From positions 12,152,001 through 12,216,000 of the forward strand of contig JBHGNT010000010.1 of NCBI GenBank assembly GCA_043228905.1: DNA of 64,000 bases, read 5' to 3'. Shown piece by piece: positions 24,514 to 38,427 of the stretch (position 1 is the first letter of the stretch; each line of letters starts with the position of its first letter). The stretch is from Azolla caroliniana (Eukaryota; Plantae; Polypodiophyta). The notes under the pieces were generated by a model. That model was given only the letters and a program-made list of their open reading frames with translations, searched no databases and had not been told where the DNA came from. The translations under genes were made by a program, and so were the position numbers.

Positions 24514-25255
24514 TGTCGTAGTGTGAATCACACACTACGTGAAATATGTGAAATACTATATCCGATTTAAAGTATGTATAATAAATAAAATAAAATATTA
24601 AAAGTATTTATTACATGCATAGGGCAAGATTTGAACCCTATACCTCCACGTAGACAAACCCCAACCTTACCATTGTACTAACTTATCCTAAGTGTTTTGT
24701 ATATAGATTTAATACGTATAAGACCTTTATTTACGCCTACCTTTATTAAAAGGTAAGTCATGCATTTTTTAGAATTCGTGAATACTTTATTTATAAGAAA
24801 AATGTACACCAATAAAAAAAATGACTCGTGCACATCTAGCGAGCATGAGCACTATATTTAGGAAATAAAAGCATAGTGAAAGAAGGCAACTCATGCACAT
24901 TTAGTGTGCATGAACACTTTAGAGAAAGCATGAACCTATGCTTAGCCTCTTCCATCCTTATATAAGGATGAGAGAAAGATGTATGGGGGGTTGTTGATTA
25001 TTTTACAAGGATTTGATCAATCTAATATATTCGTGGGATTCACGATTTTTTCCATCTATTTCTCTCTTACATTCTAAGTATCAATTAATACACTATACTC
25101 GTGGGATTCATGAGTTTCATATCTTCCTTCAAATATTTCTCTTTCTTGCAATCCATTCATAAGGAGCCTTATCTCATATTCTTCTTTCTCCTAGTCCAAA
25201 ACCTGAGTGGTTCCCACCCGACTCATGCAACGATCCGGAGTCAAAAGGCACGACA
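24514..25255 (+). mobile_element. Solo LTR (742 bp) inserted in the C integrase
   Basis: TGTCGT...ACGACA ends; 4-bp TSD ACGC; host sequence CTCCACGCGAGAGTGG restored on removal (compare 63332-63347); orientation inferred from TATA at ~24959. Confidence 0.88.
24614..24688 (-). other. tRNA-like Pol III A/B-box cassette inside the solo LTR
   Basis: Minus strand A box TAGTACAATGG 24680-24670; B box GGTTCAAATC 24637-24628; same spacing as the 14573 cassette. Confidence 0.62.
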
Positions 25256-27220
25256 ACGCGAGAGTGGAAAGAGAAACCGGCCGGAAGTTGAAGACGGTTC
25301 GAGCAGATAACGGAGGAGAATACCAGGGGCAGTTTGAGGAGTACTGCCGCTCGAAGGGATTCTAGCTCAAATATACCTTGCGGAAGACGCCGGAATTAAA
25401 CGGGTTGGCCAAGAGGATGAACCAGACCATAATGGAGAGGGTCTGGAGTATGCTGGCACATGCAAAGTTACCCAAGACGTTTTGGGCTGAGGCGCTGACG
25501 ACAACGACGTACGTGATAAACAGATCACCCTTAGTGCCCTTGGACGGAGACACGCCGCAGAGGGTGTGGACCGGTAAGGAAGTGTCTTACCGGCATCTGA
25601 AGGTGTTTGAGTGTCTCGCTTACATAGTTGGAGAGCAACGTTGGATCCAAAGTCCTGTCCTTGCATATTCCTCGGATACGGCGATGATGAGTTCGGCTAT
25701 CGAGTTTGGGATCCGGTCGACAAGAAGGTTTTCCGGAGTCGAGATATTATCTTCATGGAGGACAAGACCCTTGCCGAATGGGATTTGGAGAAGAAGATAA
25801 TGAACTCTGAGTCGACTGGTAAGGATCGGTTCGATGAGATACGGACCTACCCGGCTAAGAGCCGGTTGACACTCAAAGAACCGGCCGGTTACGGAAAGGA
25901 AACCAAACCGACCGAAGAAGAAGAAGCAGAAACCGGAACCGGCCAAGACCCCGAATTGGATTCGGATGAAGAACAAATAGAGGAGCCGGTTACCGAAAGC
26001 CAAGGACGCAGATATCCTCTCAGAGAGAGAAGGCCCCCCCAGAGATTTCCTGATGCAGAGCACGTGTTGCTAACCGATGAGGGGGAGCCGGAAAGCTTCG
26101 AAGAAGTAAATGAGGACATCCACAACCGCAAGTGGTTAAGTGCCATGCAGGATGAGATGGATTCCCTGCATGAGAACCACACATATGAACTGGTGGAGTT
26201 GCCGAAAGGAAAGCGGGCACTCTGGAATAAGTGGGTGTACAAGGTACAAAGCCAGGATCGTGGTGAAGGGGTTCCAGTAGAAGAAGGGAGTGGACTTCAA
26301 CGAGATATTTGCCCCGGTAGTGAAGATGACTTCCATCCGGACGGTGCTGAGTATAGCGGCAAGCACGGACCTCGAGGTAGAGCAGTTAGACGTGAAGACG
26401 ACGTTCCTCCACGGAGACCTCGAAGAGGAGATCTACATGCAGCAACCGGAGGGATTTGTGAAGAAAGGGAAGGAGCACCTGGTTTGCCGGTTGAAGAAGA
26501 GCTTGTACGGTTTGAAACAGGCTCCTCGGCAATGGTACCGAAAGTTCGACTCCTTCATGACCAATTAAGGGTACGACAAGACGCAGGATGATCACTACGT
26601 ATTTGTGAAGAAGTTCGAAGGAGGAGACTTCCTGATACTCCTCTTGTACGTGGACGACATGTTGATCGTCGGACGAGACCAAGTCAAGATACGGATGCTA
26701 AAGAAGGCTTTGAACCGGACATTCTCAATGAAAGACTTGGGTCCTGCAAGACAGATACTAGGGATGCATATCATTCAGAACCGGTCAAAGAAGCAATTGT
26801 GACAGTCACAGGAGAAATACGTGACAAAGGTGCTTCAGCAGTTCAACATGTCAGATGCGAAACCGGTCAGATCGACACTCCCGGAAAATTGTAGTTTATC
26901 CGGTAAGCAAAGGCCAAAGACGAAGGCAGAGAAGGCGGATATGATGAAGATACCATATGCCTCTGCCGTCGTGAGCTTAATGTACGCAATGGTGTGTACC
27001 CGACTGGATATCGGATACGCAGTAGGAGTGGTGAGCCGGTTCATGAGCAATCCCGGCAAGGAGCATTGGAATGCGGTAAAATGGATACTCCGGTACTTGA
27101 AAGGCACCTCAAGTATGTGCCTCCGATTCGGCTCTGATAAACCCCAACTTGACGGTTTCATAGATTCAGATATGTTGGATGATGCGGATACCAACCGGTC
27201 AACATCGGGATATGTTATGA

Positions 27221-27680
27221 TGTTGAGAATCAAGCTCAACATAGAGCAACGTGTGAACACACCTTTTGAGAATCTATGATTACTCAAAGGTCAAGAGTCA
27301 CACCACCACTCTCTACACATTAAACTATGTGTCATAGATTCATATTCTATGACACATAACTAATGGTTCCACATTCCCCATGACTGTAAGACTTCACATT
27401 CCTCAAGGCTCTAGTGAGAGAGGGAACGTTGTAGTGAGTAAATGAAGAGAGAGGGTGACTCTCCCTCCTCCTACTCCATATTAAGTTGGTTGTGACTCCT
27501 TGTAATGCTATTTTTTGTATCTCATATTCTACTTGTTAATATACATCTCCTTCTTCTTCTTGAGTACTTCATATTGTCTCTTATCTATCTTGTGTTTCTC
27601 TCCTCTCATCACTTCTCTCACACATACACACATAACTCACATCTCTTCCGCTTCACAAGAATCATATCCGATTCTTTACA
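27221..27680 (+). repeat. 5' LTR of E (TATA box lost)
   Basis: Matches 49661-50107 but lacks ATATAAAG. Confidence 0.92.
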
Positions 27681-27852
27681 TGGTATTAGAGCGATTTGGT
27701 AGCTCGATCTAGCCCACTCGCCTCATCGTGATCGTGTGTTGTGCTCTACGCCGACGTTCAAGAAGAACCGGGTCATCGCCATTGTAGTGCGACTACATAG
27801 CTCGTGTTCGAGAGAGAAGGAAAAGAAAAGAAGGAAGAAATCTACATCGACA

Positions 27853-30800
27853 ATGAGTACTCAAATGGGGAGCGCTCTCCCTAGCGAGAAGTTGGATCGC
27901 AACAACTTCGCATCTTTGGAGTACAAGATGCACCAAATACCTTGTCGGCCATGGCTATTGGAGCTACATCAAAGGAGCACAAGAAAATCAGCCCAATCCG
28001 GAAGACGTCAACTATGCAACGTGGGAGCAAGTGGCAAGCCGAGTGATGTATTGCTTGGCGACATGTGTTCACAACCACATGTTCGGGTACATTCGAGAAG
28101 CCAAGACGCCGAAGAAAGCGTGGGAGAATCTACAAAAGATTTTCGCTACCAACACTACCGCGGGAAAGCTTCAACTCCGCCAAGAGTTGAATAATATCCA
28201 ACAAAGGGATATGTCCATCATGAGCTACACCTTGAAGATCAAGGAGCTTTGTGATTCACTCGGCTCGATAAGCATAAACGTGGAGGATGACGAGATGGTG
28301 CAAATATGCCTCGGCGGCCTTGCACCAAGATTCGGCGCGATGCGGACCGCCGTACTAGCATGGGAGAATCTGCCCTCGTTCTTCGATCTTTAATCCATGT
28401 TGTTGGTCGAAGAAAACCATGTTTGAACAAGGAGTAGCACCTCTTCCTTCTTTTCTTTTCCTTCTCTCTCTACACGAATTCAGACGAAGGAAGAGGATGC
28501 GCCCATGCAAGAAGAGGTTGATTCGGCCAAGGACGAGGCAGATCGATTTACGAAAACAGCTCTCAATTACGGCAACAAGATGGAGGCCATCGGGGAACTT
28601 TCAGAAGAACGGGGAGCCACCATTCCGGTTCGAGCCGACAAACCTCAATCGAATGCGGATATTGCGGGAAAGTCGGCCACCACGAAGAAGAATGCCATAA
28701 GAAGATACGCGAGTGGGCTTCCACTAGCTGACAACTCACCAACTAGGCCATCAACCTCGACTATGACGATCGCGGCGGAATGTTCGTGATGAGACATAGA
28801 GCGAATTCTATGTCGGCCTCTACTTCCACTAATGCCTCCGGTCTGGAAGACGTATGGTTCGTCGATTTCGGTGCCTCGAACCATATGACGTTGCATCAAG
28901 AATGGTTCCGAGAACTTCGAGAGCCGGACTGACTCGGCTATGTCGTAATCGGAGACGATACTACGCACCCAATTCGGCACATCGGCAATGTTCCATTCGG
29001 AGAAGAAGGTAAGCAAACTTATATTAAAAATGTCTTGCATGTACCAACTATCACGAAGAATTTGGTCTCCGTCGGCCAAATTGTAGAGCAAGGAATGCAA
29101 GGACGATTGAATCAAGGCGGTTGCTTCACCGAAAAAGAGGACCGAATGTTCATTCTCGACTCACACGAGATGAAATCGGCCATGTTCGCAAAGGGCATGA
29201 AAGCCGATTCCGACATAGAGTTATGGCACAAGCGGATTGGCCATATCAACTTCCAAAAGCTCAAGGCAATGCAATCGAAAGGAGTCGTTATCGGGCTCCC
29301 TACATTCATGGAGAAAGAGATTAAAGGCGTGTGTGCCACTTGCCAATTCGGCAAGAAACATCGACACCCATTTCCAAAGAAGCGGAACGTGAGCAAAGGC
29401 GTACTCGACTTAATTCATTCCGATGTATGGGGCCCGACTCAAATGGCGACATTTGGCGCATGCCAATACTATATGACCTTCATCACGACTTCTCAAGGCA
29501 CACTTGGATCTACCCAATGCGATAAAAGAGCGAAGTGTTCGGACACTTCCAAAAATTTAAGAATGAAGTCGAGAAAGCCACGGCATGTAAGATGTCTTCG
29601 GTCGAATGGAGGCAAGGAGTACTTCTCCGACGAATTTTTGGTGTTTCTACGGAAAGAATGAATACGGCGAGAGTTTTCGTGTCGACATACACCACAACAG
29701 AACGGAGTGGCCGAACGCAAGAATTGGCACATCCTCAAAGGCTTAACAAAAAGAACATGTTGAAATCGTATTGGGCGGAAGCAGCTAACACGGCCGTCTA
29801 TCTCATGAATCGGTGTACGACATCGGGTGTGCACAAACTTACTCCGCATGAGAAGTTCTTCGGAAAGAAGTCGGAGCTATCGCATGTTTGGATATTCGGC
29901 TCCATTGCGTACGTGCACATCCCTGACGAGAAGTTTCAAAAGCTTGACCTCAAGTCGGAGAGATGTATCCTCGTAGGATACTCACTAGAGCAAAAGGGGT
30001 ACAAATGCTACAACCCCTCAACTCAAAAATCTCGAGTAAGTCGAGACGTCATTTTTGACGAGTTCGCATCCTGGTACGCACCAGAGACAACTTTGACTTC
30101 GATTCCACTCGACCCGGAATCCGCCGAACAAATGATAGAGGATGAAGATCGCCTTACGCGCATGTTGGAAGAAATTCCGATCACAACCCAGCCGAGCGCA
30201 CCACAAGAGCCTTTGAGCGATCATAGCACATCTCGACTAAGTCTGAAGTTGGACAAAGGGAAGGCCAAAATGCCAGAGTATGAAGAAGCTCATTTCGATG
30301 GCAACGAATCGACTCATTCCCTCCATAGTGAGTTCGAAGGCCTTCACATCCGTACAAATTGAGTGAAGAAAGCCTTAGAATCTACAAACGAGAAGCTACG
30401 CCAATCCACCCGTGAAAAGAACCTCGTAAGCTGCTTCGGCTACAATGAGTGTATGGCATACCATCACGCCTTTGATGAAGGTCGCAACAGTATGGGAGCC
30501 GGAAACCTTTTCCGAAGGCGCGAAGGACCCGAGATGGATCAAAGCAATGAACGAGGAGATGTGTGCACTATGCAAGAATGACACATGGGATATCATTCCC
30601 CACTCACCACACAAGAAGGCGATAGGTTGCAGATGGATCTACAAGGTGAAGTATAATGCCGATGGCTCCGTCAATCGCTACAAACCTCGACTCGTAGTGA
30701 AAGGATATGCGCAAACACATGGAGTCGTCTATGAAGAGACTTTTGCCTTGGTGGCAAAGATGACGACTGTGCGGATCGTGATTGCACTTGCAGCGGCGAA

Positions 30801-31630
30801 AGGGTGGCACCTCAACCAAATGGACGTAAAGAATACCTTTCTTCAAGGTGAATTGGATGAGGAGGTGTACATGGTTCAACCACCTGGCTTCGAATCCAAC
30901 ATTCATCTGAAAGCTGTATATCGACTTAAGAAGCCTCTCTACGGCCTCAAGCAAGCAAGACGTGCTTGGCATTCGAAGATAATGCAATATCTTCATCAAA
31001 TTGGCTGTCGAATGTCGAAATCCGACAACTCCCTCTATGTACGAAACGAGTCTAAAAGCCCAATTGTCATCATTCTATACGTGGATGATCTCGTTATAGG
31101 AGGTGAGGATTTAGTCAACATCAACAAGGTGAAGTCCCTCCTCTCCAACAAATTCGAGCTGACGGACATGAAGGAGCTACACTACTTCCTAGGAATCGAG
31201 GTGATTCGGAGTCTGGCCGGCAATATGATCTCTCAATGACACTACATTCTCAACTTGTTATACAAGTTCGGGATGATGGCGTGCAAATCAATCGCTACGC
31301 CTCTCGATAGAAACCTCAAACTAGATGCCGAATCCGGCATGAACGAGTGCGATCCGACTCAATATCGACAACTGATCTGGAGTCTTATCTACCTCACGAT
31401 CACACGACCCGACCTTAGCTATCCGGTCGGACTCCTTAGCCAATTAATGCAAACTCCGTGGGATATCCATTTTGATTGCGCTAAGCGAGTATTACGATAT
31501 GTGAGCGGAATAATGGATTATGGCATTCTCTACAAATCGGCCACACCAATACGACTCGAAGGATACACAGACGTGGATTGGGCTGGCTACAAAGCCGATT
31601 GACGATCGACCTTTGGATTGGTCGTCTCCG
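27853..31630 (+). pseudogene. pol: E gag-pol, first copy, up to the start of RNase H
   Basis: ORFs 28031, 29035, 29535, 30445, 31255 with copia gag, IN and RT (LYVDDL) motifs. Confidence 0.92.
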
Positions 31631-31858
31631 TCGGCCAAGTCCGAAGTTAGACAAAGGGAAGGCCAAAATGCCGGAGTATGAAGACGCTCATTTTGATGGC
31701 AACGAATCGACTCACTCCCTCCATCGTGAGTTCAAAGGCCTTGACATCCGGAGAAATGGAGTGAAGAAAACCTGTCAGCTATATCGATCCACTCGTGAAA
31801 AGAACCCTGTAAGCCGCTTCAGCTAAGATGAGTATATGACATACCATTACGCCTTTAT

Positions 31859-32318
31859 TGTTAGCCAACGTGCAAGGAGTGGAGGATAGTCAAGAATGTG
31901 AATGGGCCGGAATTATCGGAAGCTATTATTAGAATATTACGTAATTAAGTATATTTTTAGAAGTGAACGGACGGACCGGAATCGGTATGCCGATCCAGAT
32001 CCGGACCGGTTCATATCAGTCTGCCGGTTGGCACCATTTTGTAGGCAGAGCTGGTGATCTATAAAAAGGCCCGGTTACATTGTAAATCACGACGGATAAT
32101 TAATAAAGCTCTATTGTCTTATCTCTATGTATTGATTACCATTCTGTGCTAATTACTTTCTATCTTACGCGTGTATTAAGATTCATGATATGTTGCTTAA
32201 GTAGCCGATAAAGGTCTGGTCAATCATTAGTCTATGTTACCTCGCCATAATACCCTTTGGTGAAGTGTCTTCCATAGACACCCTGTGTTAGGCTATTGTC
32301 CGGCCCTTAGGAATAACA
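31859..32318 (+). repeat. 5' LTR of F
   Basis: TGTTA...TAACA; about 91% identical to the 3' LTR by hand count. Confidence 0.93.
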
Positions 32319-32325
32319 CAGTTTT

Positions 32326-32334
32326 TGGCGACCA
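32326..32334 (+). promoter_or_regulatory. Short PBS, probably tRNA-Arg
   Basis: TGGCGACCA 7 nt after the LTR; tRNA identity from recalled plant tRNA-Arg(UCG) 3' end. Confidence 0.55.
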
Positions 32335-32373
32335 AGATTCCTGCATAAGCGCGGTGAACAATGACGGGAATGG

Positions 32374-35300
32374 ATGGCTAGACCAACGAACGGACCGGTT
32401 ACGGATCGAGCAAGGAGACTTGCTGAGCGGCTGCACAAGCGAGAGGCCTTCCAGCAGGCGGCAGAAGAGATTCATGCGGATCAATCATTTTCCAAAGTGA
32501 TCTGGCGAGTGGCCGAGGAGTCACTCCGTTTGCAACAAGATTTCCACCCCGACGAAGGAAGCAGCGTAAGTAGTCTTCGGGAAGCGGAATCCCTTCTACA
32601 GGCATTAGCTGTAGGAGAAGGCTATTCAGCACCATTTTCGGCCTTTTAATCGGACTCGGACGGTAGATATAGCGCTCATTCCAATTACCGCAGCAGTCAC
32701 GACACCCTAGACGGACCGGTGGACGAGGAATCAGATACCTTACCGACACCAGAACCAGAATTGACAAAGCTGGAAGCCACAGACCGGCCAAGGTTTGAGT
32801 AACCCTCTACACCCAAAGCAACAGAGGAAAGACCTCCCACCGAGGAAGAAAGACCCCCCATAGAGGAAGAAAGACCTCCCATAGAGGAAGCAAGAACTCC
32901 CACAGAGGAAGAAAGACCTCCGACAAAGGAGGAGGAGGAAAGACCTCCGACACCACCAGCCCGCGTTTCAACATCGGACAACGACATGCCGTTTCAATAT
33001 CCCAAGTACTGGGATGATCCGGACGTACAGGCCCACGTCTATGTATTTCAGGAGACTTGGGAAGCGAATCATGTGTCATAACGCTTAACCGCAGCCGAAG
33101 CAGAATGCTCAAAGATGGCGGAGTTTGGCATGACCCTGGAAGGGCTCGCCGCCAGATGGCGCCTGACGCAAGATCTCAGCACCATCATGATGTTTGAGGC
33201 ATTGAAAACTAAATTCCTACACTTTTTTCACAAAGAGGTGGATCAACAGGAAATGGTCGGCCTATTTTATACCATCCGGCAGGAGCCCACAGAGAACATT
33301 CAACAATTTGTAATCCGATTCCAGAGAATGCATAGCCAGCTCAGTCGGGCAACACCGGAGGAAGAGACTAAGGCGATATTCCTAGTAGCACTCCGGGAAC
33401 CCCTACGAACGGTGTGCACAGTCATTGATTTCCGCACGAGTTCTGTCGACCAAGTCATAGACCGAGTCAGGGAAATGGAAAACTCCAGCTCGTGGCTGAC
33501 GATGGGGGCACTCCAACGAACGTTACCAACTGATGAAGACCTCCGATTTCGACAACCACTTCAATGTACGACTTGCCTGAATGTCGAACACTCAACGCTG
33601 GAGTGCACCATGCGTTCTCAATGCCTACTTTGCCATTCCAGAAACCACACAATGGATTGGTGCTAGTATAACTTGTTGAATCGGCAAGCGCCACCGGTCT
33701 GGCAAATTGAACCACGGAGCAACCAGGAGGAGGAAGAAGAGTGCCGATGGTGAAAGGAGCGTTACCGGCTGACACAAGATGTCTGGTACAGTGATCGAAG
33801 AGATGCTTATGACCGCGATCGGTATGATAGATATGATAGATATCGGGACTATAATGGGGAACAGAATGAGCGATACAACCGGGGGATCACTCCCCCGATT
33901 ACAACCCACGAAGGGAGGACTATGGCAAGTATGATGACCGGCCTCGACAGGGTTATCGAAACAAAAAGCATTTCAACAAAAAACGGCATTTCAATAAAAA
34001 AGGGGATAACCAACGAGAGTCGGAAACGGGTACACCAAGCACCCAACCGAACCAAGGCCAAGCACTTACAACAGGACCTCAACTGGGTGTCGGAGCGATA
34101 GCAGAATCCAGCAACACTCGGAAGGCTTACTGCTACTATTGCCAACAAGAGGGACACTACAGTAACCAATGTCCGGCGAAAAGCTACGATAAGCAACCAA
34201 CGGTAAACATGGTGGTAGCGGAAGTCGCGGACATACAACAAGTGACCACGAGGTCAAAAGGAAAAGCAACGGACTGGGAAACCCAAGAAGCCGTCCGGAA
34301 GCAAGCAACCGAATGGATAAAGAAGGCAAATGAGCGGAATGTGGCAGAATTGGAACAACAAAAAGAGAATCCGGAGGAGCCCACCGGCAATAGCCAGGCG
34401 GAAAAGCCAACATGGCAGGCGTTGCAAGAATGCCAAATCACGCTGCCTTTAGGTCGGCTATTGCAGTTAGTACCTCAGTTTACGGAAGGACTGAAGACGG
34501 GAATGATTGCGATCGACACGCCACCGGCTCTGGCGTTCTTTTCTAATCTAGAGGAAGGACCAACGGTAGTGGACACGAGCAGTCCAACTATAACAACCAT
34601 CGTTAAGGGACAAGAGCTACCCGGAACAATTATAGACGGAGGATCGGGCATGAACGTGATTAGCCTCCAAACTTGTAATACCCTAGGAATCCAGGACTGG
34701 GAGTCGTGCCCATTTTGGCTCCGGATGGCAGACACAAGTTCAGTAAGACCTACCGGATTGATACGAGATTTGGAAGTGACTATCGGAGGTCATGCATTCT
34801 GCATTTTGGCAGTAGTCCTCCAGCTCAATGCACAAGGGGCATACCCACTGTCGCTAGGCCGCCCATGGCTAAAAACAATGCACATCAAGCAAAACTGGCA
34901 GAAAAACATAATTACTTTCCGGCGTGGCAAAGCAAAAGTACGAGTACCTACACAACCACGTTCGAGTACCGGCAAGGAGCTGACACCGCTGTATGCGGAA
35001 TGTGTCAATATGCTTGAAGGATTGGCTAATGAAGAGGTCGATCAGTACTTACAGGAGAATCCGAAATTGTACCCTTATTTGAAGTTGATGTCGCCAAAGC
35101 AGTGGCACAATGTACAATGCAACCGGAGGATGCCGATGAAGAACCGAATAAAGAAGCCATCAGAGAGTTACGGCAAGCGCAGGGAGCTTTGGAAAAGGAA
35201 TTGGTAGTATCTCAACGCGTAAAAGCCTCTCAGCTAGAAGAGGTAAACCTAGGCACCGTAGAAGACGCAAGACTGGTTCACATCACCAAAGAAATGACTC

Positions 35301-38220
35301 CAGAAAGGAAGATGGCAATGATCACCATATTAAAGGAGTTCCGGGGCGTATTCACGTGGTCTTACGAGGAAATGCGGGGGCTAGATCCTCAGTTGTATCA
35401 ACACCAGATACATCTGAGTAAGGATGCCAAGCTAGTGGCGCAACGATGCTACCGGATGAACCCTAACTATGTAGCAAAAGTAAAGGATGAAATCGACAAA
35501 TTGTTACGAGTAGGGTTCATCTGACCGGTCAAGAAGGCGACATGGTTGAGTCTGATAGTCGTCGTACCGAAAAAGAACGGAAAAATCAGGGTATGTGTCG
35601 ACTACCGGAAGTTGAATGCGACAACGGTAACCGACGCCTTCCCACTCCCTTTTACGGATGGAGTCCTGGATGCAGTAGCCGGTCACGAAGTTTATAGTTT
35701 CCTGGACGGATTCAACGGCTACAATCAGATCTGGATGCACCCCGACGACCAGGAGAAAACCGTTTTTGTTACCGAATGGGGAGTATTTGTCGCCGTAGTC
35801 ATGATGTTCCGACTTAAAACGGCACCGACAACCTTTCAACAGATAATCATGGAGATTTTCGGAGAATTTATTCCTTCATTCATGCAAGTGTTCCTAGACG
35901 ATTTCGCCGTGTACAACCGAGAAGGGGAACACCTCCAACACCTCCAATTATGTCTTGAGAAATGTAGGGTTTACCAATTAAGCCTTAACCCGGCGAAATG
36001 CGTGTTTGGAGTGTCAAGCGGTGCATTACTAGGCCACATCGTTAGCAAGGACGGTATTGCAGTAGACCAGGACAAGGTCAAAGCAATTTTGGAGGCACCG
36101 ACACCAACTACAGTGAAAGCATTGAGTCGGTTCCTAGGACAAATCCGGTGGCATAGCCGGATGCTTCGAGTATATGGTAGACCTGGCCACACCATTGCAT
36201 GCTGCGGTGCACCAGACACCATTTCGATGGACGAACACAGAAGAGAAGGCTTACTGGGCATTAAAAGTACTACTATCACAAGCACCGGTGGTGCAACCTC
36301 CGGATTGGTCTAAAGAATTCCATGTATTCGTAGACGCGTTCGACATAGCAATTGGGAGCGCATTAATGCAGCTTACCGAACCGAAGTGGTACCGGCCCGT
36401 GTATTATGCCAGCCGGAAGCTGTCCCAGGCGGAACGTAATTACTCAACGACGGAAAGAGAAGCCTTGGGCATGATCTACAACGTCACCAAGTTCCGACAC
36501 TATCTAGTGGGGAGGAAATTTTCCTTTCATGTAGACCATTCGACGCTACTTTACTTGGTCTCAAAAGCATCATTCATGGGTAAGCTGGCCCAGTGGACGT
36601 TATTATTACAGGAATTTGAGTTCGAGATATTTCACCAGTCAGGCATACAACATGCGGTTGCGGATTATTTGAGTCGGTTAGACTCCGGTGAAACCGGTGA
36701 CGGAGTCCCAGACGAGTTTCCGGATGCAGAGTTGTTTATGGTCACAACAGAAACGACAATAGATGGTACGGTCGCCGAGGAGGACATGTGGCTCACTAAC
36801 ATGCACCAATTCCTGAGCACCGGATTACCTCTAGAGGAGATGAAAAGAGACGTGCGGAAATGATTAGCAGTACAAAGCCGGCAGTTCTGCCTACTGTAGG
36901 ACACACTGTACCATAAAGGCGTGGATGGCATATGGCGGTGCGCGGTGCGCAACGACGAACAAGACCAAATACTGCGCGAAGCACACTATGGCGTTGCCGG
37001 AGGGCATTATGCTGGGGACGCTACGGCAAGGAAAATATGGCAGAGTGGCCTATGGTGGCCGACAACAATAAAAGACGTCGTCCGGTATGCTAAAGAATGT
37101 GATTTATGTCAGCGGATGGGCCAACCAACGGAACAGGCAAGAATGCCTCACTAGCCGGTACTGCCATTGGAACCATTTCAGAAATGGCGGCTAGACTTCG
37201 TCGGCCCATTTAAATCACCAGCAATGAGAACTAGCAACCGATACGTGATTGTCGTTATGGACTACTGCACCAAGTGGGTGGAGGCCAAAGCACTACGTGA
37301 CAACACTGCGGCATCCACGACAAAGTTTTTATATGAATATATCTAGTGCCAGTATGGATGTCCGATCGAGCTAGTTAGCGACCAAGGTGGGTATTTCCTA
37401 GGAAAAGTGGTGGAGAGCTTGACGACATTCTATGCGGTGGTGCACAAGCGAAGCACTCCGTATTATCCACAAGCGAATGGATTAGCCGAATCCACAAATA
37501 AGACGCTACAAAACATCCTGCGGAAAATTGTCAATGAGAACCGGACGGATTGGGATACAAAGCTGCACAATGCACACTGGGCCTACCGGACAACATATAA
37601 GACAAGTATCCGGACAACGCCTTTCTGATTAGCATTCGGATTGGAAGTGGTAAGGCCGATCAAATTCCAGGTTCCCAGTTTGCGGTTACAGGTTCGGGAA
37701 CGCCTAAACGAGAAGGAGTCGGAAACAATCCGCCTAGCAGCACTATGCAAACTGGAGGAACACCGGATAGCTAGCCTGATGCACATGGAACTGGAGCAAC
37801 AAAGAAGGAAAGCATTCGTCGATTGACACCGGAAAGGTAACAAAAAAATGTTAGAGATCTGCAAGTCGATACTTGTATTCCAGACCCGGATGGGTAAGAT
37901 GCCGGGGAAGCTACGGTTTCAGTGGACCGGACCATATTGGATTACACGAGAGTTCAATGGTTCCTACCAGCTAGGGACACTTTCCAGAGAAGTTATGGGT
38001 AAATGGGTCAATGGGTTTCGACTCTAACCATACTATGGACCCATGCCAAGAAACCCGTTTGAACAAACAAAGGCTGACATCGAACCGGACACCGGTAAGC
38101 ACGATGAGACGACAACCGGTCAAGCAATCGGCAAGCACAAAACTGGTGAAAGGGACCACAATCCGGAGAAGGGTCCGTTTGGGCCGGATATGGATTAACA
38201 GCGTTGTTTTAAAAAAATAA
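32374..38220 (+). pseudogene. pol: F gag-pol polyprotein, decayed
   Basis: Three zinc knuckles, IIDGGSG protease, FLDGFNGYNQI and FLDD RT, YYASRKL RNase H, HHCC, YYPQANGLAE integrase, GPY motif. Confidence 0.93.
32822..32952 (+). repeat. 21-bp tandem repeat in gag encoding EEERPP(T/I), about 6 copies
   Basis: Repeated GAGGAAGAAAGACCTCCC units. Confidence 0.85.
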
Positions 38221-38427
38221 AAAATAAAAAATAAAATCAGATCAAATCAAACCCAAATCATGCGAGGCGAGGAGCGAACGGCCACATGCAATGATAGGGA
38301 GTGAACGGGCACTTTGAAAAGCCACGTAGTGGGCTATTTATAGCGCATTAAAACGCCACCATGTGGTACTTCATTGCTATTATAGTACACGACGTGGCAT
38401 GTGCAGGAATCGAGAAAGGCGCCAACA

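Larger units (their letters stand above)
22882..27220 (+). pseudogene. pol: C gag-pol (gag, PR, IN, RT, start of RNase H); RNase H resumes at 50113-50516
   Basis: LPDSWETLV, WVVDSG, HKRLCH, FIDD, LLYVDDML, YMQQPEGF in collinear ORF pieces. Confidence 0.92.

Noticed and set aside
33100-37900. Programmed frameshifts or readthrough in F, D, B, C or E pol
   Set aside because: Breaks differ between related copies and many stops are CGA/TGG/CAG transitions, consistent with decay
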